DNA of 64,000 nucleotides from Verrucomicrobiota bacterium (GTDB lineage Bacteria; Verrucomicrobiota; Verrucomicrobiia; CAIQCK01): positions 419,300-483,299 of the forward strand of contig JACRQF010000014.1 of NCBI GenBank assembly GCA_016222825.1, written 5' to 3'. Position numbers and translations under genes: made by a program. The notes below the pieces were generated by a model. The model was not told the origin of the DNA and searched no databases. It was given only the letters and a program-made list of their open reading frames with translations. Below are positions 55,499 through 64,000 of the stretch, in pieces. Numbering within the stretch: position 1 is the stretch's first letter; each line of letters begins with the position of its first letter.

Positions 55499-57676
55499 GT
55501 GAACTGGTTGAGCAAAACGAAGTGGGCTGCAAGCTGCCTGACGGCGGTTTCGTTGCTGGCGTGGCCGTCGGATTCGCCGGCCCAGAGCGCGCTGGCGCCG
55601 CCGCCGGTCTTGTCCGTGCTCACCAACGTCGTGCAGGTCAAGCGGCTCTCAACCAAAGAGGCCGAGCGGCATCATCCGGTGCGGCTGCGCGGCGTGGTGA
55701 CGTATTTCGAGTGGAACCCGGACTGGCAGCTCTACACCGCCATCCTCCAAGACGAGACCGGCGGCATCTCCTTCTCGCCGGGCCGCACGGCCGCCGACGC
55801 GCTGAAGCTCAAGCCCGGCAATTTGGTCGAGATCGAGGGCATCTCCGCGCAGGGCCAATTCGCGCCGGAAGTCCGCGGGACGGGGAAGTTCGGCTCCGCG
55901 GTGCGCGCGAAGGTGCTCGGCCCCGCGCCCGAACTCGAACCGCAGGCGCTCACGCCGGAACAAATGGCCAACCCGTTCAACCAGGACGAATGGGTCGAGG
56001 TGAAAGGCGTCGTGCGCCGCGTCACGAGCCGCGCGGGACCGAAGGCGAGCGGGCGAGTCATGGTGGACTTCAGCACCGCCAGCGGCACGTTCCGCGCCAT
56101 CGTGCCGACGCAGACCGCGCCGATCAACGCGCCGACCAACCTCGTTGGCGCGGCGGTGTCAGTGCGCGGGGTGTTTGCCGGTATCTACAACGAGAAGCGC
56201 CGGATCGTCGGCGCGCACCTGATGGTGTCATCGTTGAGCCACATCATCGTGGAGGAGGCGGGCGCGGACGCGGCGTTCAAAATGCCTCTGTTGACAGCTT
56301 CGTCGTTGATGCAGTTCCGCCCGGACATGTCCTCGCGCGTCCACGTCAGCGGCGTGGTCACGCTGTTCGAGCCGGGCAGCCACCTTTACTTGCGCGACAA
56401 CACGGGCGCGCTTCGCATCGAGACGCCGGAGACAAGTTTCTTCCGGCCGGGCGACCGCGTCGAGGTCGTCGGCTTTCCCGCGTTCAGCGACGGCGCGCCG
56501 CTGCTGCTGAATGCGTTCCTGAAGAAGACCGGCAGCGGCCCTCCGCCCAAGCCGAAGACCATCACGATCGCCCAAGCCAGCAGCGGCGAGTTTGACGGCG
56601 AGTTGGTGCGGTTGGACGGCGTGCTGCTGGATCAACTGAAACGGCCCGAAAACGTGATCCTGATGTTGCAGAGCGGCGACACGGTGTTCTCGGCGCACTT
56701 CGCCGAGGGCGCGGCAAAGACCAACGCGCCCTCGCTGATGCTGGACAGTTGGGTGCAGATCTCCGGCGTGTGTTTGAACCAGTTCCGCTACTCGCCCGAA
56801 CCACGCCCGAAACCTCCCCAGTGGCGGCCGGTGTCGTTCCACGTCGTGCTGCGCAGCCCGCGCGACGTGACCTTGTTGCGCGAGCCGCCCTGGTGGACGC
56901 CGGAGCGCATCGTGTGGGGAATGGGCCTGCTGGCGGCGGCGATTTTTGTGGTGCTGGCGTGGGTGGTGGTGTTGCGCCGGCAGGTGACGGCCCAGACGCG
57001 CGTCATCCAGCAGAAGGTCCAGCGCGAAGTGCTGATGGACGAGCGTTCGCGCATCGCGCGCGACCTGCACGACACACTCGAACAACAACTCGCGCTCATC
57101 GGCGTGCAGATTGACTCCTCGCTTGCGCGGCTCGCCGAGGCGCCCGCGCTGGCGCGCAAGTCGCTCGAACTGGCCCTCGCCGTCGTCCGCCACACGCACG
57201 AGGAGGCGCGGCGGTCGGTCTGGGATTTGCGCTCGGTGGCGCTGGAACAGGGAGGGGTGGCCGAGGCGCTGCGGCAACTGGCCGCGGCCGACGACGACGC
57301 GCAGCACAAGGTCCGGATCACCACCCGCGGCGAGCCGCGGCGGTTGCCGGTCCTGGTGGAAACCAACCTGATGCGCATCGCGCAGGAAGCCGTCACCAAC
57401 GCCATCAAGCACAGCGGCGGCTCCCGCATTGAGGTGAGTCTCGATTACGGCTCGCGTGAGGTGACGTTGCGCGTGCGCGACGACGGCCGCGGTTTCGACC
57501 CCGAGAAGGTCATGCCGGCCAGTAGTGGCCGGTTCGGCCTCATGGGCATGCGCGAGCGCGCGGAAAAAATGAACGCCGTGTTTGCATTGTCGAGCCAGCC
57601 GGGGCAGGCTACGGAAATCGCCGTCACCGTGCCGCTGACAAACGGCGCGACGGAAAACACAACGCCGACATCGTGA
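55499..57676 (+). CDS. Sensor histidine kinase (large periplasmic sensing domain, HisKA_3 plus HATPase_c, NarL-partner type)
   Basis: H-box RSRIARDLHDTLEQQL. ATPase N-box EAVTNAIKHSGG and G-boxes. One TM segment (WGMGLLAAAIFVVLAWVVVL) follows a ~450-aa extracytoplasmic region. GTG start. Confidence 0.75.
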   Translation: MNWLSKTKWAASCLTAVSLLAWPSDSPAQSALAPPPVLSVLTNVVQVKRLSTKEAERHHPVRLRGVVTYFEWNPDWQLYTAILQDETGGISFSPGRTAADALKLKPGNLVEIEGISAQGQFAPEVRGTGKFGSAVRAKVLGPAPELEPQALTPEQMANPFNQDEWVEVKGVVRRVTSRAGPKASGRVMVDFSTASGTFRAIVPTQTAPINAPTNLVGAAVSVRGVFAGIYNEKRRIVGAHLMVSSLSHIIVEEAGADAAFKMPLLTASSLMQFRPDMSSRVHVSGVVTLFEPGSHLYLRDNTGALRIETPETSFFRPGDRVEVVGFPAFSDGAPLLLNAFLKKTGSGPPPKPKTITIAQASSGEFDGELVRLDGVLLDQLKRPENVILMLQSGDTVFSAHFAEGAAKTNAPSLMLDSWVQISGVCLNQFRYSPEPRPKPPQWRPVSFHVVLRSPRDVTLLREPPWWTPERIVWGMGLLAAAIFVVLAWVVVLRRQVTAQTRVIQQKVQREVLMDERSRIARDLHDTLEQQLALIGVQIDSSLARLAEAPALARKSLELALAVVRHTHEEARRSVWDLRSVALEQGGVAEALRQLAAADDDAQHKVRITTRGEPRRLPVLVETNLMRIAQEAVTNAIKHSGGSRIEVSLDYGSREVTLRVRDDGRGFDPEKVMPASSGRFGLMGMRERAEKMNAVFALSSQPGQATEIAVTVPLTNGATENTTPTS

Positions 57677-58305
57677 AGCTTGAACGCAAATTCCGCCTCC
57701 TGCTTGTGGACGACCACGCGGTCATCCGCATGGGCCTGACCGGCTCGCTCAACCTCGAACCCGACCTGACGGTGATCGCGGAGGCAGGCAAAGGCGGCCA
57801 AGCCATCGAACTCTACCGCAAACACCGGCCCGACGTGGTGCTGATGGATTTCCGGTTGCCGGACATGACCGGCGTCGAGGCGACCAAGGCCATCTGCCGC
57901 GAGTTTCCCGAAGCGCGCGTGCTCATGTTGACCGTCCACGAAGGCGAAGAGGACGTTTACCAAGCCATGCAGGCCGGCGCGTTGGGCTACGTGCAGAAAT
58001 CCATCGGTTGGCGCGAGCTGCTGGCGGCCATCCGCAGCGTCGCGGCGGGCGAGCGATACCTGCCGCCGGAACTTGCCGTGCGCCTCAAGGAACGCCTCAG
58101 CCGCGAGCCGCTGAGCGAGCGCGAACTGGAAGTGCTGCACCTCATCGTGCGCGGCCAGTCCAACAAGGAGATCGGCGTCTCCCTTGACATCTCCGACGTG
58201 ACCGTCAAACGTCACATCACCCACATCCTGGAAAAGCTGCGCGTCCTCGACCGCACCCAGGCCGCCATTGCCGCCATCCAGCGCGGCATCGTGCATCTGG
58301 ATTGA
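57673..58305 (+). CDS. NarL/FixJ-family response regulator (REC plus LuxR-type HTH)
   Basis: LLLVDDH...VVLMDFRLPDM receiver. LSERELEVLHLIVRGQSNKEIGVSLDISDVTVKRHITHILEKL HTH. The start overlaps the HK stop. Confidence 0.8.
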   Translation: MKLERKFRLLLVDDHAVIRMGLTGSLNLEPDLTVIAEAGKGGQAIELYRKHRPDVVLMDFRLPDMTGVEATKAICREFPEARVLMLTVHEGEEDVYQAMQAGALGYVQKSIGWRELLAAIRSVAAGERYLPPELAVRLKERLSREPLSERELEVLHLIVRGQSNKEIGVSLDISDVTVKRHITHILEKLRVLDRTQAAIAAIQRGIVHLD

Positions 58306-58395
58306 TCCAACCAGAAGCGCCGAAGCCAGCCGCTCCGCGAAAGCCGCGAAGATTTGTTGGACAACCGCCGCGCGGAGGGTAGAAAGGGTGGCGTC

Positions 58396-59703
58396 ATGAG
58401 CAAACCATTGGTCATCGGTCTCATCGGTTTCGGCAACATCGGCAGTGGCGTTGTGCGCACGCTCGCCGAGCGCGCCGAACTCATCCATTCGCGCCTGCCG
58501 CGCCCCATCGTCCTCAAGACGGTCGCCGACAAGGACACCACGACGAAACGCAACGCGCCCTACCGCCCGGATCAGCTCGTCGGCGACGCCATGACCCTCA
58601 TCAACGATCCCGAAATCGAGGCTGTGATCGAGCTCGTCGGCGGGCTGGAGCCGGCTCGCACGTTTGTCGAGCGCGCCTTGCGCGCCGGCAAACACGTCGT
58701 GACCGCGAACAAGGCGTTGCTGGCCGTTCATGGGCCGGAGTTGATGGCGCTGGCGGAGGAGAAAGGTGTCGGCCTGCTCTTCGAGGCAAGCGTCGGCGGT
58801 GGTATTCCGATCATCCGCGCGCTGGAGCAGGGCCTCTGTGCCAACGAACTCACCAGCGTCCAGGGCATCCTTAACGGCACTTGCAACTACATCCTCACCC
58901 GCATGGGCGAGCGCGAGCTGCCGTTCGCGCAGGCGCTCGACGAGGCGAAGGCGCAGGGTTACGCCGAGCCGGACCCGACCTACGACATCGAGGGCTACGA
59001 CACCGCCCACAAGATCGCCATCCTCGCCTCGCTGGCCTTCGGGATGGACATCCGGTTCAAGGACGTCTTCACCCAGGGCATTACGCAACTGGAGCCGGCC
59101 GACATCAAGGCAGCGCGCGAGATGGGCTACACCATCAAGCTGCTCGGCATCGCCAAACGCGAGGCGGCCGGTGCACCCGCCGAGATCCGCGTGCATCCGA
59201 CGCTCATCCCGCTGAATTCGCCGCTCGGCAAAGTCAATGGCGTCTTCAACGGCATTCTGGTGAACGGCCGGCCCATCGGCACCACGATGTATTACGGCCG
59301 CGGCGCCGGCGCCGACGCGACCAGTTCCGCCGTAATCAGTGACCTGATGGCGCTCGCCGCTGATGAACGCGGCTTCAGCCGTTGGCGCGACAACCGCCTG
59401 CGAGTCCAGCCCGGCGTCAAAGTCATCAAGCCGATGGACGCACTGGAAACTCATTATTACATCCGCTTCACGATGGCCGACCGCCCCGGCGCGATGGCCA
59501 CCATCGGCCGTGCGCTTGCCGACCAGGGCGTCTCGATCCGTTCGATGATCCAGCACCAGAGCGACGATTCCGGCAACCGCCCCGCGACAATCTCGATCGT
59601 GACACACCTCGCGAAGGAAAAAGGCATCCAAGCTGCCATCGCGAGCATCGAAGGCCATGAGATGAGCGCCGCGAAGGCGTTCGTGTTGCGCGTGGAAGAG
59701 TGA
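58396..59703 (+). CDS. hom: Homoserine dehydrogenase
   Basis: GLIGFGNIGSGV NAD-binding motif. Catalytic-domain conservation. C-terminal ACT domain. Start trimmed to ATG 58396. Confidence 0.85.
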   Translation: MSKPLVIGLIGFGNIGSGVVRTLAERAELIHSRLPRPIVLKTVADKDTTTKRNAPYRPDQLVGDAMTLINDPEIEAVIELVGGLEPARTFVERALRAGKHVVTANKALLAVHGPELMALAEEKGVGLLFEASVGGGIPIIRALEQGLCANELTSVQGILNGTCNYILTRMGERELPFAQALDEAKAQGYAEPDPTYDIEGYDTAHKIAILASLAFGMDIRFKDVFTQGITQLEPADIKAAREMGYTIKLLGIAKREAAGAPAEIRVHPTLIPLNSPLGKVNGVFNGILVNGRPIGTTMYYGRGAGADATSSAVISDLMALAADERGFSRWRDNRLRVQPGVKVIKPMDALETHYYIRFTMADRPGAMATIGRALADQGVSIRSMIQHQSDDSGNRPATISIVTHLAKEKGIQAAIASIEGHEMSAAKAFVLRVEE

Positions 59704-59743
59704 CCGCTTCGTGCGGAACGCCGGCCAACCGGCTAAACCGATC

Positions 59744-62479
59744 ATGCAAACCAACTGCGCCCGACTCCTCGGCGTCGTGGGGTGGCTGACACTCCTTGCG
59801 ACGATAACCTCCGCCTCTGACCTCTACATCGCCACCAACGGCGACGACGCATGGTCCGGCCATCTTGCCGTGCCAAACGCAGCCCGCACCGATGGACCGA
59901 AGGCGACTCTCGCCGGAGCGCGCGATGCCGTCCGAACAATCCAAAATCCAAAATCTAAAATCCAAAATCCTGCCACCGTCCACGTCCGCGGCGGCGCCTA
60001 CCGTCTCGACACGCCGTTCGTGCTGGAACCACAGGATTCCGGCGTCACGTTCGCGGCCTATCAGAAGGAGAGGCCTGTCTTCAGCGGCGGGCGCGTCATC
60101 ATCGGCTTCCGGCGGAACGGCAAGTTGTGGGAAGCCGAGATTCCCGAAGTGAAAGCGGGGCAGTGGTATTTCCGGCAGCTTTTCATCAACGGCCAGCGCC
60201 GCCAGCGGGCGCGCTCACCGAACGCCGGCTACTACCGCATCGCGTCACAGTTGCCGGGACCGCGCGACGCGCACGGCAAGGAAATCGCCCGCGAGAAGTT
60301 CGTCTTCAAAGCCGGCGATCTCCAACCGTGGGCGCGGCTCGGCGACGCGAACGTCGTGCTCATGCATTCGTGGGAAACCTCGATCCATCCGTTGAAGTCC
60401 GTGGATACCACCTCGAACATCGTCACATTCGCCGCGCCGCTGAAGGAATGGTGGTGCATCGGCTATTGGGAGAAGAACCAGCGTTACTACGTTGAGAACG
60501 CGCTCGAACTGCTCGACCAGCCCGGCGAGTGGTATCTGAACCGCGAGACCGGCGTGCTGAGCTACTGGCCGCTGCCCGGCGAGCGGCTCGGCAAGACCGA
60601 AGTCGTCGCGCCGCGGCTCACGGAATTGGTGCGGCTTGTCGGCAACGCTGACGAAGGCCGCTTTGTGCAGAACGTCACGCTGCGCGGGCTGGCATTTCAT
60701 CACAGCGACTGGGTGCTCGACCCGAAAGGCAACAGCAGCACGCAAGCGGCCGTCGAGGTGCCCGCGGCGGTGATGGCCGACGGCGCGCTCAACTGCGCAT
60801 TCGAGCGGTGCGAGGTCGCGCACGTCGGCACCTACGGCGTCTGGTTCCGGCGCGGCTGCAAGGATTGCCGCATCCAGCAGAATCGTCTCCACGACCTCGG
60901 CGCGGGTGGCATTCGCGTTGGCGAGGACAAGATGGCGAAGACCGACGCAGTCGAATCGAGCCGCACGCTCGTGGACAACAACCACATCTTTGACGGTGGG
61001 CGCGTTTACGCGGCGGGCGTCGGCATCTGGGTCGCGCAAAGCAGCCACAATCGGATTTCGCACAACGACATTCACGACCTGCTTTACAGCGGCATGAGCA
61101 TCGGCTGGAACTGGGGTCTCGAAACCAACCGCACGCACCACAACATCATCGAGTTCAACCACGTCCACGACTGCGCGCACGGCACGCTCAGCGACGCAGG
61201 CCTTATCTACACGCTCGGCGTTTCGCCCGGCAGCGTCATCCGCAATAACGTCCTCCACGACATCTGGCCCTACGGGCAGCCCGCGCTCGGCTGGGGCATC
61301 TACCTCGACGGTCAGACCGGCAACTACCTCGTCGAGAGCAACGTCGTCTTCAACACGCTCAGCGGCGGCCTCATGTTCAACAACGGCGGCCACGCGCACG
61401 TCATCCGCAACAACATTTTCGCCTTCTCCGCCAACCAGGCGCTCTGGCCCTACTCGGAGAAACGCCCCAGTGCGTTGCGCCGAAACATCGTCTTCCTGAC
61501 GCAAGGCTCGCTGCTCATCCCGCACGGCGAGCGTTCGCTCAACGAACGGCTCGCCGCGAAAGAGCCGCCGGGCGATTGGGACGAGAACGTCTATTGGCAC
61601 GCCGGCGGCGTCGACCAACTCCGTTTCTATCGCCGCACGTTCGAGGAATGGCAGGAGATCGGTCTCGACCGGCATTCGCTCATCGCCGACCCGCTGTTCG
61701 CCAACGCCGCGCGCCGCGACTTTCGCCTCAAGCCCGCCTCGCCCGCACTCAAGCTCGGTTTCCAGCCGATTGACACGAGCAGTGTCGGTCTTTACGGCGA
61801 CGCTGCGTGGGTGAATGAAGCGCGTCATGCCAAATGCCGCGTCCGCCCGCTCCCGCCGTCACCGCCTGCGCCGAAGCCGCTGACCGTGAACGACGACTTT
61901 GAGAAGACCGCCGGCGGCCTGCCGCCGGAAAATGCGCATGTGGACGGCGAGCAGAGCGGCGCGTCCATCCGCGTTAGCGACGAGCGCGCCGCCAGCGGCA
62001 AACGCAGCCTAAAGATTACCGACTCGAAGACACTCAAGCCGACGTGGCAACCGCATTTCTACTACACGCCGCATCTCACGGTCGGCACGGTGCGTGCGAG
62101 TTTCGATGTGTGGCTCGCGCCGGAAGCACAGTTCTTCACCGAGTGGCGCGACAGCGCCGCTTATCCGCAGAACGTCGGCCCCAGCATCGGCTTCAACGGG
62201 AACGGCTGGGTCAGCGCCGGCGGCAAGTCGCTGGCGCGAATGCCAGTCGGCGCGTGGTTCCACGTCGAGATCGAAGCGGTTCTCAGCAAGGATGGCCCGC
62301 GCACGTTCAAGCTGACTCTGACTCCGTCCGGTGGCGCACCGCAGGTCTTCAGTAACCTCCCGATTTCCGGCACTAACTTCCACGAAGTCCACTGGCTCGG
62401 CTTCAGCAGCACGGTCGAGGCGGACACGGCGTTCTATCTGGACAACCTGCGGATTACACAGACGACAAAAAAGAAGTGA
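59744..62479 (+). CDS. Secreted right-handed parallel beta-helix repeat protein (pectate-lyase-fold carbohydrate-active enzyme candidate) with a C-terminal beta-sandwich domain
   Basis: Signal peptide MQTNCARLLGVVGWLTLLATITSA. Repeated beta-helix rungs (NNHIFDGG, ISHNDIHD, NNVLHDI, NNIFAFS). Confidence 0.5.
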   Translation: MQTNCARLLGVVGWLTLLATITSASDLYIATNGDDAWSGHLAVPNAARTDGPKATLAGARDAVRTIQNPKSKIQNPATVHVRGGAYRLDTPFVLEPQDSGVTFAAYQKERPVFSGGRVIIGFRRNGKLWEAEIPEVKAGQWYFRQLFINGQRRQRARSPNAGYYRIASQLPGPRDAHGKEIAREKFVFKAGDLQPWARLGDANVVLMHSWETSIHPLKSVDTTSNIVTFAAPLKEWWCIGYWEKNQRYYVENALELLDQPGEWYLNRETGVLSYWPLPGERLGKTEVVAPRLTELVRLVGNADEGRFVQNVTLRGLAFHHSDWVLDPKGNSSTQAAVEVPAAVMADGALNCAFERCEVAHVGTYGVWFRRGCKDCRIQQNRLHDLGAGGIRVGEDKMAKTDAVESSRTLVDNNHIFDGGRVYAAGVGIWVAQSSHNRISHNDIHDLLYSGMSIGWNWGLETNRTHHNIIEFNHVHDCAHGTLSDAGLIYTLGVSPGSVIRNNVLHDIWPYGQPALGWGIYLDGQTGNYLVESNVVFNTLSGGLMFNNGGHAHVIRNNIFAFSANQALWPYSEKRPSALRRNIVFLTQGSLLIPHGERSLNERLAAKEPPGDWDENVYWHAGGVDQLRFYRRTFEEWQEIGLDRHSLIADPLFANAARRDFRLKPASPALKLGFQPIDTSSVGLYGDAAWVNEARHAKCRVRPLPPSPPAPKPLTVNDDFEKTAGGLPPENAHVDGEQSGASIRVSDERAASGKRSLKITDSKTLKPTWQPHFYYTPHLTVGTVRASFDVWLAPEAQFFTEWRDSAAYPQNVGPSIGFNGNGWVSAGGKSLARMPVGAWFHVEIEAVLSKDGPRTFKLTLTPSGGAPQVFSNLPISGTNFHEVHWLGFSSTVEADTAFYLDNLRITQTTKKK
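59935..59975 (+). repeat. Heptanucleotide tandem repeat (CCAAAAT x4, one variant CTAAAAT) inside the beta-helix gene, encoding IQNPKSKIQNP
   Basis: Read directly. The 7-nt unit is not a multiple of 3. Confidence 0.3.
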
Positions 62480-62491
62480 GAACGTGGCGCG

Positions 62492-64000
62492 CTATGGTTT
62501 TGGCGGCTTCCACCGCGTTGCCGCGATGTGCGTGATGCCGTCGCCGCAGGTGAAGTAGTAGATCGTCAGCAGTGTGCCATCCTCCGACTCCGTCGTGAGC
62601 GGGTAGCCGAGATCGGAGCCGCTGCGCTTGCCGTCGGCGCGCAACACAAACTCGCGTCCGATGTCCCACGTCCGCCCGCCGTCGCGACTCAGGCAGGCGC
62701 GGATGCCCATCGGCGCGCGGCGGTAGCCGTAGCTGCACAGCACGCGACCGTCGCGAAGCGTGAGCAGGTGCGCGGGATAGCCCCACATCGGCGTCTTCAC
62801 CGGCCGGCCCCACGTCTTTCCGCCATCATCGGAAACGGACTGGTAGAAAAAGCCGTGTCGGTCCGGGTCGGGCCGCATCATCGCCATGACGCGGCCATCG
62901 GGCAACTCGGCCAGCGCCGTCTCGTCGAAGCCGATCTCGCCTTCCTTTGCATCGGTCATAGGCTTGGCGATGGTCATCAATTCCCACGTCTCGCCGTCGT
63001 CGGCGGAGCGGAGCACGAAGCTCGTCGAGCGACCGCCGTCTTTGTGGCGGCCGTAAATCGCGTTCAGCCGCACGCCCGCGCGCGTTACGCACAATGCGGC
63101 GGAGTTGTAGTTCATCAGCGACAAGCCCGCTGGTGTAACGATGGGCGTGCGCTTGCCTTTCTCCTCACCACCGCGTCGCAGGAAACTGTAGGCGCCACTC
63201 AGATATGCCACGACGCCGGGCCGCACGTCGCGCACGGTCAGACCTTGTTCACGAAACTCCGCCGTCCGTTCCGCCGACACCTCGCGCCAACCGTAGGCCG
63301 AAGCGTAGGTCGTGCCGCCGTCGCGCCGCAGGAAGAGCGGATTCGTTACGCCCTTTTGTGCTGCTTGCCACGTGCGACCGCCGTCGCGCGAACAGTAAGC
63401 CGCGCCGCCGCCCGTGCCATCAATGTGCGAGCGCCGCACTCGCGTGCCGAAGCTGGTGAAGAGTGCGCCGTCGGGCAGCCGCATCAGGCCGGGGAAGCAG
63501 GCGTAAACATCGGGTTTCTTATAGACAACGATCTGCTCGACATTTTCTGTGAGCCGCGCCGCCGGCGTGTGCGTGCGATGCCGCACAAACTCCCACAGCG
63601 CCTCGCCCGTCGCCGCGCTGGACACGGAGCCGAAGCCGACGAGGTTGCGGCCATTGTGAGCTGGTTTCGTCAAGCCCGACGTCTCATCCACAACTTGTCG
63701 ACCATTCACCGACAAGGTGACGCGCGTGCCTCGCAGTTCCAACCGATAGGTGTGAAACGCATCGGCGGTGTTCATCGCGTGGCTGCGCCCGCCGTGGCCG
63801 AACTCGACGCGGTCGGGATAGAACGTCAGCGAGGTTTCGTTCGCGCCGTCGGCGGCCATCAGGATCACGCCGGCCTGCGCGCTACACGCGATGACTTTGA
63901 GCCGCGCCTCGACCACGCCGCCGAGAGAACTGTCCGCGTGCCATTGACGGTTGTAGAAGCGGAGTTGGCCCTTTGCCGTGCCACGGTTGCAGATGCGGAC
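62492..64000 (-). CDS. Partial CDS (N-terminus beyond the window end): LamG/jelly-roll-like N-terminal domain plus BNR-repeat sialidase-like propeller
   Basis: The reverse-strand frame stays open to the window edge (VRICNRGTAKGQLRFYNRQWHADSS... upstream of the track's GTG). BNR motifs SRDGGRTW (x2), SADDGETW, SDDGGKTW. Confidence 0.5.
   Translation of the reverse strand, partial: VRICNRGTAKGQLRFYNRQWHADSSLGGVVEARLKVIACSAQAGVILMAADGANETSLTFYPDRVEFGHGGRSHAMNTADAFHTYRLELRGTRVTLSVNGRQVVDETSGLTKPAHNGRNLVGFGSVSSAATGEALWEFVRHRTHTPAARLTENVEQIVVYKKPDVYACFPGLMRLPDGALFTSFGTRVRRSHIDGTGGGAAYCSRDGGRTWQAAQKGVTNPLFLRRDGGTTYASAYGWREVSAERTAEFREQGLTVRDVRPGVVAYLSGAYSFLRRGGEEKGKRTPIVTPAGLSLMNYNSAALCVTRAGVRLNAIYGRHKDGGRSTSFVLRSADDGETWELMTIAKPMTDAKEGEIGFDETALAELPDGRVMAMMRPDPDRHGFFYQSVSDDGGKTWGRPVKTPMWGYPAHLLTLRDGRVLCSYGYRRAPMGIRACLSRDGGRTWDIGREFVLRADGKRSGSDLGYPLTTESEDGTLLTIYYFTCGDGITHIAATRWKPPKP

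Noticed and set aside
56228-61828. Minus-strand ORFs 56228..57412, 57445..59754 (769 aa) and 60245..61828
   Set aside because: Opposite the histidine kinase, response regulator/hom and beta-helix genes. Low-complexity products.
1-64000. Looked for tRNA/rRNA genes, CRISPR arrays and transposase/integrase/IS termini
   Set aside because: No T-loop/anticodon-arm-like tRNA structures were noticed, no regular repeat-spacer arrays, and no ORF with transposase, integrase or recombinase motifs. The only repeats are tandem paralog gene pairs and small intragenic repeats.

Overview
This is a high-GC (~65%) bacterial chromosomal segment. The gene content points to Planctomycetota or Verrucomicrobiota: a DUF1501 and DUF1549/DUF1553 gene pair, multiple sulfatases with C-x-P-x-R motifs, FG-GAP and BNR beta-propellers, and Tat signal peptides. 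No rRNA, tRNA, CRISPR array, transposase or integrase was seen. Most long ORFs that overlap real genes on the opposite strand are GC-driven shadow ORFs and were ignored. The ORF track counts GTG and TTG as starts.

Layout from start to end:
- 1..4579 (- strand): a beta-helix gene fragment, an AraC regulator and a large NAD-specific glutamate dehydrogenase.
- 4951..19146 (+ strand): a ~14 kb run of co-directional, tightly spaced genes that look like a sulfated-glycan degradation locus. It holds a Tat-secreted Cys protein, a C-N hydrolase, two tandem GH42-like paralogs, a heparinase II/III-like lyase fused to an FG-GAP propeller, a DUF1080 gene, a HExxH protein and two tandem sulfatases.
- 19150..23300: a disturbed zone. 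It holds a low-GC (~50%) foreign-looking gene, a sulfatase lacking its 3' half, and an ABC-F ATPase gene broken by an internal ~70 nt deletion and frameshift.
- 23356..28309: an esterase, dctA, and a feoB-feoA module. FeoA lies downstream of FeoB, overlaps it, and carries an N-terminal 8-Cys extension.
- 28613..30953: hpnH, an unknown small ORF and hpnG (hopanoid side-chain genes).
- 31148..45988 (+ strand): a ~15 kb operon-like locus behind a GntR/FCD regulator. It holds a BNR sialidase-like gene, a TolB-like propeller, a frameshifted BNR gene, a DHDPS/N-acetylneuraminate-lyase family gene, an FGE-domain::BNR fusion, a 1541-aa protein (N-terminal module + FG-GAP propeller + two BNR propellers) and an FAD oxidoreductase. 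This is the best candidate for an undescribed catabolic system.
- 46129..59703: a PQQ-like propeller, two tandem PPC-domain paralogs with Met-rich segments, an intrinsic terminator, the DUF1501 and DUF1549/1553 pair, a two-component system and hom.
- 59744..64000: a beta-helix protein and a partial BNR protein.
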